Positions 21,207 through 30,375 of a stretch of DNA of 64,000 nucleotides are shown here, piece after piece. The stretch lies in NCBI GenBank assembly GCA_038881595.1, contig JAVZPM010000001.1, forward strand, positions 160,001 through 224,000. Direction: 5' to 3'. A model generated the notes under the pieces. It saw only the letters and a program-made list of their open reading frames with translations, was not told the DNA's origin and did no database searches. Position numbers and translations under genes: made by a program. The stretch comes from Candidatus Micrarchaeia archaeon (GTDB taxonomy: Archaea; Micrarchaeota; Micrarchaeia; CABMEP01). Each line of letters starts with the position of its first letter. Within the stretch, counting starts at the first letter, position 1.

Positions 21207-21527
21207 ATGAAAAAAATAATTCTAAATAAATATAAAATACTAAACAAGGATAATGAAAAACTAAAAGGACTTATGTTCTTAGATTCTGTAAAGGAAAGGA
21301 TGGTTTTTAATTTTAATTTCGATGTTAATTATTCATTTCACTCATTTTTTTGTCCTAAATTTGATATTATTTTCTTAGATAAAAATTGGATTGTTAAAAA
21401 GTATTTTGAAATAAAATCTTGGAAAATAATAAAGCCGGGAATAACTTATAGATATGTTATAGAGGCTGAATCTGGTTTTATAAGGAAAAATAAAATAAAA
21501 ATAGGAGATCGAATAATTCTTGGATGA
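21207..21527 (+). CDS. DUF192 family protein
   Basis: KGLMF, FH.FF...DIIFLD, YVIE and IKIGD motifs. Confidence 0.85.
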   Translation: MKKIILNKYKILNKDNEKLKGLMFLDSVKERMVFNFNFDVNYSFHSFFCPKFDIIFLDKNWIVKKYFEIKSWKIIKPGITYRYVIEAESGFIRKNKIKIGDRIILG

Positions 21528-22739
21528 TTAACGTTTGCCTTCTTTACCTGCTGTTATTCTTAAAGTGCCTCCTATCTCTTTTATTGTAATATCTACATTC
21601 TTTGAATTTTCAAATAATGTGCGAATTTGATCTAAGGAATAGTTTCTTATAGCAGCTATATTTGCTTGTATTGCTTCTTCAGAATAGTCTTTTATTATAT
21701 TTTCTTCAAATTGCTTTCTGAATGCTTCTATATTTATTTCATAATAAGCAAGTCTTATTGGATGGTCCTCTTCTGGTTTTCTCCCACTTTCTAATTTTTG
21801 ATATAATGATTTTGATAGTTGTTTCTGTTTTATAAATTGATTGACTCTTCTAAACTCTGCTTCCAATTCAGAAAGTAAATTATATATAGAGTCATTTTCC
21901 GAAACGAATAAAAACGAAGAATTACCTAAATATGATAAGAATATTTTTTCACTGAAATCATTTATTTTATCTTGTGCCATTTGTGAAATTAATCTAATGA
22001 GTTTCATTTTTCCTTTTTCACCATGTAGTTCTTCATATTGATCTATTCCTTCTATTTCTAATTTTATAAATTTACTATTCTCCTCTTTCAAATACATACT
22101 GATGTTTTTGATTAAGCGTTCTACATCTGGCAAATCAACTAAAGGATCAAAAAGTTCACCACTCTTATTTAGAAATATATTAACTAGAGCACGAAGTTCC
22201 ATAGGGTCGAATGGTTTTTTGATATAGTAATCTGCACCATACTGAATGCCAAAAAATCTATTAACAGTCGCGTCTGCAGCTGAAACTATTACAATTATTA
22301 TGTTCTTTGTCTCGGGATTTGATTTTACTTTCTTACAAATTTCTAATCCATCTATACCTGGCAACATTAAATCCAATATAAGAAGATCTGGTTTGAATAT
22401 GTTAATTTCTTTCAATCCTTCGATACCATCATAAGCTGATTTTATTTCATATTTTTCTCCTTCTAAAGTAAGACGTATTAGGTTGTTTATATCTTTATCA
22501 TCTTCTATAATTAATATTTTTTTAGGTTTTTGAGTTTCAAGGACATACCAGAAATCGAATTGACCAATACTTCTAGCTTCAAGTTTCTCTTTAGCTTTTA
22601 ATCTTACTAAAGCACCTTTAACCTCTTCTGGTGTAACATTTGAAAATTCTTTTATAATTTCTGTAGTTTCCATAGCTTTATCTCTAGCTTTAAGAAAAGT
22701 AAGAATATCTTGCTCAAGTCTTAAATCATCTATTTCCAT
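21528..22739 (-). CDS. Response regulator: N-terminal wHTH-like, REC and degenerate GGDEF-like domains
   Basis: REC motifs ILIIEDD, ILDLMLPGIDG and GADYYIKKPF; then DPLVDLP...YLGNSSF in GGDEF register. Confidence 0.85.
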   Translation of the reverse strand: MEIDDLRLEQDILTFLKARDKAMETTEIIKEFSNVTPEEVKGALVRLKAKEKLEARSIGQFDFWYVLETQKPKKILIIEDDKDINNLIRLTLEGEKYEIKSAYDGIEGLKEINIFKPDLLILDLMLPGIDGLEICKKVKSNPETKNIIIVIVSAADATVNRFFGIQYGADYYIKKPFDPMELRALVNIFLNKSGELFDPLVDLPDVERLIKNISMYLKEENSKFIKLEIEGIDQYEELHGEKGKMKLIRLISQMAQDKINDFSEKIFLSYLGNSSFLFVSENDSIYNLLSELEAEFRRVNQFIKQKQLSKSLYQKLESGRKPEEDHPIRLAYYEINIEAFRKQFEENIIKDYSEEAIQANIAAIRNYSLDQIRTLFENSKNVDITIKEIGGTLRITAGKEGKR

Positions 22740-22796
22740 AATATCTAATATGATTTAAGTATAAAAGAATTAAAAACTTATTATTGAAATTATATT

Positions 22797-24710
22797 ATGG
22801 CAGATGAAACTAGCCACAAAGAAATACAAACAAAAATAATAGAAATAACAGACACTAATATTGAAGAGAACAATATAATAAATCAAACAACTCAATTAAA
22901 TAGTAAAAAAACAAGTAAAAACCTACATCTTGTTAACGATTCTCTTTATTTGCTTTTTAAAAACTTGGATTCTCCTGCTGTCATAGTTGACGAAAAGAAA
23001 AATATTATCTCAATAAATGATAAATTTACTGAAGTGACAAATATTCAACTTGATGAGGTTAGTGGTAAAAAACTAAATTCTTTGATTAAAAATAATTTTT
23101 TGATTTCTAATAATGGAAAAATTGAAATAGAAACTAAAGAATTAAATTTAGGTCTTACAACAATTGTAATTATTAAAGAAATATCTAAAGAAAAAGAGTT
23201 GGAAAAAATAAGAAAAAGGTTAAATATATTGGAAAATATTGATGAGATTGTAATTGAGATTAAAAAAAATGGAAAAATAGTTTCTTTTAATTCACAAGCA
23301 ACGACTTTAATTCCTAATATAGCTAAAGATTCTAATATCAAAGATTTTGTCAAGATAAATAAATTAAATAGTAAAATTAATCAAATAACAGATGAAAAAA
23401 TTACTGTTGAAAGTGAAGGTACTGTACTAGGTGAAAACCCAATACCTGTTTTTGTTAAGATGTTTCAATTAGATTCAAATATTATAATTGTTCTAAAAAA
23501 TAAAAGCGAACAAGTTAAATTAAATGAAGAGATACGGGTTGTTAGAGAACAGTATGAACAACTAGTGAATAATACTACTGATATAATTTGTATAATTGAT
23601 AAAAATGGAAAATTCAAATTTGTGAATAAACAATTTGAAAAACAATTAGGTTATAAAGAACCTTATCCTTCTATATTCGAAATAATTCATCCTGAAGATA
23701 TGCCTGAATTTGTTAGAACGCTTACTGAAGCGGAAAAACAGAGAAAAGGTTTCCAAGATAAAGAATTTAGAATTTATAATAATAAAAAGAAAATGTTTTA
23801 TTTTTCAGTTAGTGCTTTACCTTTAATACATGAAAACTCATCTACTGAATATAGTATGACTTTTAGGAATATTACAGAAAAAAAGAAGAATGAAGATGAG
23901 ACTATTAGAGAAAGGGAAAAATTAAAGGAAGATTATAAACGACTTTCTGAAATTAATAGAATGAAAACAGAATTTGTAAGTATGGTTTCACATGATCTAA
24001 AAACACCTCTTACTAATATACAAGGTTATGCTTCTTTATTAAGAAATAAAGTATTAGGGCCGAATACCGAAAAACAACAAGAAGCTGCTGAAATAATTGA
24101 TAAAGAGGCTAAAAGATTAGCTAAATTAATAAATGATTTATTAGATCTTTCAAAACTAGATGCAGGAGCTATTACATTATATAAGAAACCTTTCAAACTC
24201 AAAGATCTCGAAGATAAATGTTCTCTTAGGAATCTTGCAGAAGCTAAAGGTTTGACTTTGATATGGAATACACCAGATAGTTTAGGAGAAGTATATGGTG
24301 ATCCAGAGAGAATAGCTCAGGTTCTAACAAATTTAGTTAATAATGCTATTAAATTTACTGATAAAGGTTCTGTTACAATTAATGCTTTTGAAAAAGATAA
24401 GAATTGGATACAAGTAGATGTAATTGATACAGGACCAGGTATACCTAAAAAAGAACAACAATCAATATTTGAAAGGTTTCAAAGAAGTAGTGTATCTAAA
24501 TTATATAAAAAAGAAGGTAGTGGTTTAGGTCTTGCAATTGCGAAAGAAATAATGAAACTACATGATAGTGATATTTTTGTTAAATCTGAAGTAGGTAAAG
24601 GTAGTGTTTTTAGTATTTTATTACCTAAAGCAAAAAATAAAATCGGAAATGAAAATGTCAATGAATATATTGAAAAACTATCTACAGATAAACAAAATGA
24701 GAGTCAATAA
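22797..24710 (+). CDS. Cytoplasmic PAS-domain sensor histidine kinase
   Basis: PAS repeats (IIHPED); H-box SHDLKTPL; N-box QVLTNLVNNAIKFT; DTGPGI and GSGLGL boxes; no TM segment. Confidence 0.94.
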   Translation: MADETSHKEIQTKIIEITDTNIEENNIINQTTQLNSKKTSKNLHLVNDSLYLLFKNLDSPAVIVDEKKNIISINDKFTEVTNIQLDEVSGKKLNSLIKNNFLISNNGKIEIETKELNLGLTTIVIIKEISKEKELEKIRKRLNILENIDEIVIEIKKNGKIVSFNSQATTLIPNIAKDSNIKDFVKINKLNSKINQITDEKITVESEGTVLGENPIPVFVKMFQLDSNIIIVLKNKSEQVKLNEEIRVVREQYEQLVNNTTDIICIIDKNGKFKFVNKQFEKQLGYKEPYPSIFEIIHPEDMPEFVRTLTEAEKQRKGFQDKEFRIYNNKKKMFYFSVSALPLIHENSSTEYSMTFRNITEKKKNEDETIREREKLKEDYKRLSEINRMKTEFVSMVSHDLKTPLTNIQGYASLLRNKVLGPNTEKQQEAAEIIDKEAKRLAKLINDLLDLSKLDAGAITLYKKPFKLKDLEDKCSLRNLAEAKGLTLIWNTPDSLGEVYGDPERIAQVLTNLVNNAIKFTDKGSVTINAFEKDKNWIQVDVIDTGPGIPKKEQQSIFERFQRSSVSKLYKKEGSGLGLAIAKEIMKLHDSDIFVKSEVGKGSVFSILLPKAKNKIGNENVNEYIEKLSTDKQNESQ

Positions 24711-24801
24711 AACGAATTTTTTGTAAACTTGATTTAAAATTAAAAATCTATTGGTGAGAGAGAGGGTTAAATTCCAGTAATATAGATAAATATTTAATTC
24801 C

Positions 24802-24819
24802 TTGTAACTATAGTTACAA
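24802..24819. promoter_or_regulatory. Perfect 18-bp palindrome (putative operator)
   Basis: TTGTAACTATAGTTACAA lies between a TATTTAA box and the ATG at 24821. Confidence 0.55.
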
Positions 24820-24820
24820 T

Positions 24821-25078
24821 ATGTATATTTTATATATTTACAAGTTCAAAATAAATAATAAAAAAATACTAAACACTATAAAGAGACGTTTTTATTATAA
24901 TTATAAAAAAATAAATCAAAAAATAATAATAAATTTATTTAATAAAAACCAATTTTTTATAGTAAATGAAAAAGAAGAAAAAATAATTGATGAATTTTTA
25001 AAAGAATATTTAGATTGGATCGAATACTATAAATTAAAAGTAAATAATGTTCAATATATTTCTTCTCAAATAGAATAA
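24821..25078 (+). CDS. Small hypothetical protein, possible Cas2/VapD-like ferredoxin fold
   Basis: 85 aa; MYILYIY..., KRRFYY, predicted beta-alpha-beta pattern; TATA-like box and palindrome upstream. Confidence 0.5.
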   Translation: MYILYIYKFKINNKKILNTIKRRFYYNYKKINQKIIINLFNKNQFFIVNEKEEKIIDEFLKEYLDWIEYYKLKVNNVQYISSQIE

Positions 25079-25204
25079 ATTAACAAACTTTCAATTTTTA
25101 TTATTAGTAGAATAGACCCCTCTCAGTACTATAACTAAACAATAGATATATTTATAATTGAATCTTTTATTATTTTTTTACTATAACATCATTTAAGTGA
25201 TTTA

Positions 25205-27220
25205 ATGAAAATATTAATACTAGCAGAAAAACCTTCTGTAGCACAAAAGATAGCATATGCAATCAAAAAAGATTTCAAAACATTAACAACTAAATATTAT
25301 AAAAAAGTAAAATATTTCGAATTAAAAAACGATAAAATTTCTACTTATGTAGTTCCAGCAGTAGGTCATTTGTTTACATTAAAAGAAAAACAAAACAAAT
25401 TACCAGTATTTGATCTAGAATGGGTTCCTGCTTATAAAATAAATAAAAACACATATTATACTAAAGATTATTTAGAAAATATAGAGAATTTGATCAAAGA
25501 TGTAGACTTAATTATTAATGCAACCGATTTTGATATAGAAGGAAGTTTAATAGGTTATAATATTATAAGAAAATACAGTGATATCAAAAAAGCAAAGAGA
25601 ATGAAATTTTCAACTGTAACCCCACAAGAACTTTATAATTCATATAAAAATTTAATAGATTTTGATATTTATAATGCATATGCAGGTGAAGCAAGACATA
25701 CAATAGATTGGTTTTATGGTATTAATCTAAGTAGATCTGTAATGAATGCTATTAAAAACGCTGGAAGATATAAATCTCTTTCTATCGGTAGAGTCCAAGG
25801 ACCAATGCTTCATTTTCTCGTTCAAAGAGAGAAAGAAATAGAAAATTTTAAGCCAGAACCTTATTGGGTTTTATATTCTGTAGTAAAAGATATCGAATTT
25901 TCACATGAAAAAAATCCATTCAAATCTAAAACAGAAGCAGAGAAATCAAAAGAAAAAACAAAAAAGAAAGGAATAATAAAATTAGAAGAAAATGTAAAGA
26001 AAATATATCCTCTACCTCCATTTGATTTCACATCTTTACAAACAGAAGCCTATAGAATTTATGGTTTTATTCCAGTTAAAACACAAGATTTATCACAATC
26101 ATTATATGAAAAAGGAATGATAAGTTATCCAAGATCTTCTTCTCAAAAATTACCACCCCAGATAAATGTAAAAGAAATAATACAACAACTTTCTTTAAAT
26201 CCTGTTTTTTCTACATTAGCAAATAAAATAATCAAAGAAAATAAATTTAAACCGAGAGAAGGTAAAAACGAAGATGTTCATCCAGCTATACACCCAACAG
26301 GACAAAGAGAAAAGATAACTTCAGATGAAGAAAAAATATATAATTTAATAGTACATAGATTTCTCGCTTCGTTTGCTGACCCAGTAGAAATAAAAGAAAT
26401 ACAAGTGACTTTAGATGCAGGAGAAGTATATAAAACAAAGTTATCAGAAATAACGAGAAAAGGATGGTATGAGTTTTATCCATATATGAAGGAAAAAGAA
26501 GATAAAAACCCATTCAAAAATAGTGAAGAAGTCGATATAACAAAATTAATAATTAAAGAAAAGAAAACAACCCCACCACAAAGATACACACCTGCATCTA
26601 TATTACAGCTAATGGAAAAAGAAAACATCGGAACAAAAACAACAAGAGCAATAGTTTTGGATACTTTATATAAGAGAGGATATATTACAGGAAAGCAAAT
26701 TACTGTTACACCGTTGGGTAGAATAATATATGAAATTTTCCAAAAATATTCACCAAAAATTTTAGACCCAATCTTAACAAGGCAATTAGAAGAAGAAATG
26801 GAAAAAATACAAAATAAAGAAATCTCAAAAGATAAAGTAATAGAAGATGCTAAAGAAATAGTATCTGCAATCGTAAATGAACTAACAAGACACGAGAAAG
26901 AAATAGGATTAGAATTAAAGACGAATTTAGAGGAATCTGAAAAATTCGCTAAATGTAAATGTGGTGGATATCTTAAAATAATAAATTACAAAAATAATAA
27001 ATTCTTAGGTTGTAGTAATTATCCTAAATGCAGAATTACATTTTCATTACCTTCAACACATCTTTTTACATATGCTGGTCAATGTGAAATTTGTAATTCG
27101 CCAAAAATTTGGGTTATTAAAGGAAAACAAAAATATCAAAAATGTTTAAATCAAAATTGCGAGTCTAATTCAAAATTAGAAATAGAAAAAGAAAAATCAA
27201 CAAAACCATCTAGACAGTAA
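25205..27220 (+). CDS. topA: Type IA DNA topoisomerase with C-terminal Zn ribbons
   Basis: AEKPS, GHL, ATDFDIEG, SIGRVQGP, ISYPR (catalytic Tyr), GTKTTR and GCSNYPKC motifs. Confidence 0.96.
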   Translation: MKILILAEKPSVAQKIAYAIKKDFKTLTTKYYKKVKYFELKNDKISTYVVPAVGHLFTLKEKQNKLPVFDLEWVPAYKINKNTYYTKDYLENIENLIKDVDLIINATDFDIEGSLIGYNIIRKYSDIKKAKRMKFSTVTPQELYNSYKNLIDFDIYNAYAGEARHTIDWFYGINLSRSVMNAIKNAGRYKSLSIGRVQGPMLHFLVQREKEIENFKPEPYWVLYSVVKDIEFSHEKNPFKSKTEAEKSKEKTKKKGIIKLEENVKKIYPLPPFDFTSLQTEAYRIYGFIPVKTQDLSQSLYEKGMISYPRSSSQKLPPQINVKEIIQQLSLNPVFSTLANKIIKENKFKPREGKNEDVHPAIHPTGQREKITSDEEKIYNLIVHRFLASFADPVEIKEIQVTLDAGEVYKTKLSEITRKGWYEFYPYMKEKEDKNPFKNSEEVDITKLIIKEKKTTPPQRYTPASILQLMEKENIGTKTTRAIVLDTLYKRGYITGKQITVTPLGRIIYEIFQKYSPKILDPILTRQLEEEMEKIQNKEISKDKVIEDAKEIVSAIVNELTRHEKEIGLELKTNLEESEKFAKCKCGGYLKIINYKNNKFLGCSNYPKCRITFSLPSTHLFTYAGQCEICNSPKIWVIKGKQKYQKCLNQNCESNSKLEIEKEKSTKPSRQ

Positions 27221-27236
27221 AAAAATTTCAAAAAAT

Positions 27237-27647
27237 TTAAACGACACGTATACTTAATTCTTTCTTAACTCCATTAAGAATATAAGAATAAGTTCTATAA
27301 TGAACATATACATTTATTTTAATTGGTATATTACCTGGATTAGTCATAACATTAGACCAAATCGGAACGATTACAGTGTATTCATCACCTTTATTTAAAT
27401 ATCCAATGCGAATTTCCTTTGTCTTATGTATTCCAGTTTGATCCATTGCAAGTCCATTTCCCACTTCTATTGCAACAGAGCTTAATACTGTTTCATTAGT
27501 TATATTTTTTATTCTGATTTCTAAATCACATCTATCTATTTTATGGGCTGAAAGACGAATAGGATTTATCCTAGTTTTTACTTCATATGGGACTTTTTTA
27601 GCAACACTACTAACGTCTTTTTTACCGAATAAATCTAAAATACCCAT
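27237..27647 (-). CDS. Hypothetical protein, beta-rich (Ig-like)
   Basis: 136-aa ORF with GGTGTGA RBS upstream; alternating beta-strand pattern. Confidence 0.65.
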   Translation of the reverse strand: MGILDLFGKKDVSSVAKKVPYEVKTRINPIRLSAHKIDRCDLEIRIKNITNETVLSSVAIEVGNGLAMDQTGIHKTKEIRIGYLNKGDEYTVIVPIWSNVMTNPGNIPIKINVYVHYRTYSYILNGVKKELSIRVV

Positions 27648-27799
27648 ATTATCACACCATAATATTAAGAAAATTTTTAATATAATTAATCATATTTATT
27701 AAAGAGTTGAATTTAAATTGTTTTCTATCTTTCCGAATGCAATTGAATAGATTTTTAAATATTATATATAATAGTGATTATATATACGAGGTGTTTTTA

Positions 27800-28015
27800 A
27801 TGGGAAAGAAAATAGGAACTGAAAAGATAAATAGAGAAGACGGATATCTCTACTATGTCGGAAAAGATGGATATGTTTGGAAAGCGCCAATGAAGGCTAA
27901 CAAAAAAGGAAAGAAAGCAAAAGTAGGAACAGAAAAGATTACAAAGAAACCAGGCTTCATGTACTACGTCGGAAAGGACGGTTATGTATACGAAGCAAAA
28001 ATGAAGAACGCATAA
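27800..28015 (+). CDS. Small basic tandem-repeat protein (71 aa)
   Basis: GAGGTG RBS; two copies of GTEKI....G..YYVGKDGYV..A.MK; Lys-rich; T-rich terminator after the stop. Confidence 0.85.
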   Translation: MGKKIGTEKINREDGYLYYVGKDGYVWKAPMKANKKGKKAKVGTEKITKKPGFMYYVGKDGYVYEAKMKNA

Positions 28016-28169
28016 GTGTTTCTATTTTTTTATTTATTCTTGTTTTTCATTTATTTTATTGTTTTTTTATATAATTTATGTCTAATTCTAAACTTCTCAG
28101 GTTATAGAGTTCTATTTCAATTCATAAATTAATTTTAAAATATTAGATTAAAACAAGTAAAAATTAAAG

Positions 28170-28242
28170 TGGGGTCGCTGAGATTTGAACTCAGATCAAC
28201 AGCTCCCAAAGCTGTCAGCATACCAGGTTAGCCCACGACCCC
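28170..28242 (-). tRNA. tRNA-Pro(TGG)
   Basis: Reverse complement GGGGTCG.../CGACCCC; ACAGC-TT-TGG-GA-GCTGT anticodon arm. Confidence 0.95.
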
Positions 28243-28308
28243 AAAATAAATAGTAATATATTATATATGTAGATTACTTTTTTAAACCATTATGGAGCAT
28301 TATATGTT

Positions 28309-28653
28309 ATGAAACAAGTAATTGTTTTTAGAGAAGATTTAAAGATAGGTAAAGGAAAATTAGCAGCACATGCAGCACATGCAGCAGTAACTGGTTTTCT
28401 TAAAGTAGAAAAGAAAAATAATCAGTTAACTACAGAATGGTTAAATTCAGGTCAAAAGAAAGTAATATTAAAAGTAAAAACAGAATCAGATTTAATATCA
28501 TTATATGAAAAAATCAAAAACATTATACCATCTGAATTAATCAGAGACGCAGGTCTTACACAAGTAGAGCCAGGTACAATTACCTGTTTAGTAATAGGAC
28601 CATGGTATGATGAAGAAATAGATAAGTATACAAAAGATCTTAAATTATTATAA
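28309..28653 (+). CDS. pth2: Peptidyl-tRNA hydrolase 2
   Basis: KQVIVFREDL..GKGKLAA...HA, GQKKV, DAGLTQV.PG and GP motifs. Confidence 0.96.
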   Translation: MKQVIVFREDLKIGKGKLAAHAAHAAVTGFLKVEKKNNQLTTEWLNSGQKKVILKVKTESDLISLYEKIKNIIPSELIRDAGLTQVEPGTITCLVIGPWYDEEIDKYTKDLKLL

Positions 28654-28685
28654 AACGAGTAGGTGTTTTACTCGTCTATTGGTTT

Positions 28686-29015
28686 TTATTCTTCCTTTTT
28701 ATTTCTTTTTATGTCACTATCTAAATTTACTAAATCTTCTTCTTCAATAAAATTTATAAGTTCCTTTATTTTTTCCGCTATTTTAATACCTTTTTCAGTA
28801 AGTGCTACATATCTAAATTTCTTATCTTTTCTCGTCATTAAAAGACCTAAATTTTCAAGTTTCTTAATTATATTCATCACATGAAGAAAACTAAAACCAG
28901 TTTTTTTACATATGTCACTAATCTTTACTCTTTCTTCTTGAAGTAATAAATTCAATATTATCCCATTTGTTTTAATAAATAGGTCATCTTTTCTTTTACT
29001 CTTATCATTTGCCAT
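28686..29015 (-). CDS. Winged-helix (MarR-like) DNA-binding protein
   Basis: ISDICKKTGFSFLHV..IIKKLE..GL ... LTEKG; start taken at MANDK. Confidence 0.8.
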   Translation of the reverse strand: MANDKSKRKDDLFIKTNGIILNLLLQEERVKISDICKKTGFSFLHVMNIIKKLENLGLLMTRKDKKFRYVALTEKGIKIAEKIKELINFIEEEDLVNLDSDIKRNKKEE

Positions 29016-29079
29016 AAATAATAGGAAAGAAGTAATATTTTTAAATATATTATTACATATTAGATTAGAGGCGATAAAT

Positions 29080-29400
29080 ATGTCAATCCGCTTAAGTAAA
29101 CTATATGGAATGGATATATTTTCCGATTCAGGAAAATACCTTGGAAAGGTATATGATATTATTGTTGATGTGGAGAAAGGAGAGGTAGTTAGACTTACTC
29201 TTGAGAGCATCCACACAGCATCTAGAGAGGAGGCACAAAGAATAATAAAAGAGAAAACAGTTCTTTATAAGAACGTTAGATCACTCGAAGATGTGATTGT
29301 GGTTTCAAAAGGAGCAAACCAAATGCAATACAGTTATACACCACCACAGTCTACATCTAGAGAAGATGAGGGTTCATCGAACCTTTCTTTCCTTAGATAA
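29080..29400 (+). CDS. PRC-barrel domain protein (CdpB-like)
   Basis: LSKLYGMDIFSDSGKYLGKVYDIIVD...G and V..L.DVIVV patterns. Confidence 0.88.
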   Translation: MSIRLSKLYGMDIFSDSGKYLGKVYDIIVDVEKGEVVRLTLESIHTASREEAQRIIKEKTVLYKNVRSLEDVIVVSKGANQMQYSYTPPQSTSREDEGSSNLSFLR

Positions 29401-29498
29401 ATTCTCTTTATTTTCTTTTTGTTTTATCTATTTTCTACTTTTTTACATTCGAATTTAGATATACATAACCTTTTAAATTAATCTGACAAAATATTCTT

Positions 29499-30098
29499 AT
29501 GTTCATAGTCTTTGAAGGAATAAATGGTTCTGGAAAAACAAAACATGTTCATGCATTTATTTCATATTTAAAGAAAGTAGGGAAAAAGGTTAAACTTTAT
29601 GAATATCCTGATAAAGCAGGAATATTTGGAAAACCAATTAAAAACTTCTTAAATAAAGATATAGAATTATCATCAGAATCTCAATTTCTATTATTTCTTG
29701 CAGATATAATGAAAGATCAAGATTATATAAAAAAAGATTTAGAGAAGGGATATTGGGTTATCGCAGATAGATATGTACTTACGACGATCGCATTTCAAAG
29801 AATAAATTATACAAAAGCAAAGGAACTAATAAACACAATAGGAGTAATCAAACCTGATTATATTGTTTATCTTTCAATATCTCCAGATATTGCAATAGAA
29901 AGAATGAAAGGAAAGAAAAGATATACTAGATTTGAAAAAGATGAAGAATTTTTATTGAAAGCAAATTTAAGATATAAAGAACTCGCCAGTGAGGGCTATC
30001 TCTCTAAATGGATAACTCTTGAAACAGTAAAACCTTTTGAAGAAGTAAGACAAGAATTAGTAAAAAAGATACTTAACCATAGAGATCAAAATCACTAG
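29499..30098 (+). CDS. tmk: Thymidylate kinase
   Basis: FIVFEGINGSGKT, DRY, PD and RFE motifs. Confidence 0.93.
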   Translation: MFIVFEGINGSGKTKHVHAFISYLKKVGKKVKLYEYPDKAGIFGKPIKNFLNKDIELSSESQFLLFLADIMKDQDYIKKDLEKGYWVIADRYVLTTIAFQRINYTKAKELINTIGVIKPDYIVYLSISPDIAIERMKGKKRYTRFEKDEEFLLKANLRYKELASEGYLSKWITLETVKPFEEVRQELVKKILNHRDQNH

Positions 30099-30167
30099 GA
30101 ATAAAAAGAGAGGAAGATATTTATTTCTTTTTGTATATATTATATTCTACTAGTTCTTTTTCTTCAA

Positions 30168-30242
30168 GCTCCGATCGTCTAGCCCGGTCAAGGACGCAGC
30201 CCTTTCAAGGCTGAAACTCGGGTTCAAATCCCGATCGGAGCA
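30168..30242 (+). tRNA. tRNA-Glu(TTC)
   Basis: GCTCCGA/TCGGAGC acceptor stem; CAGCC-CT-TTC-AA-GGCTG anticodon arm. Confidence 0.96.
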
Positions 30243-30375
30243 CTAATTATTAAACAGAGATTCATTAATGACTATTAAAAAAACATTCAACTTACTTATA
30301 GAAATAAAATAAGAATGAAAAAATAATTCAAAATACAAAAAAGAAAATAAAACAATTTCAAAATTAGCTAATAAA

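Noticed and set aside
29016..29216. N-terminal extension of the wHTH ORF
   Set aside because: It overlaps the opposite-strand PRC-barrel gene; the start at 29015 fits better.
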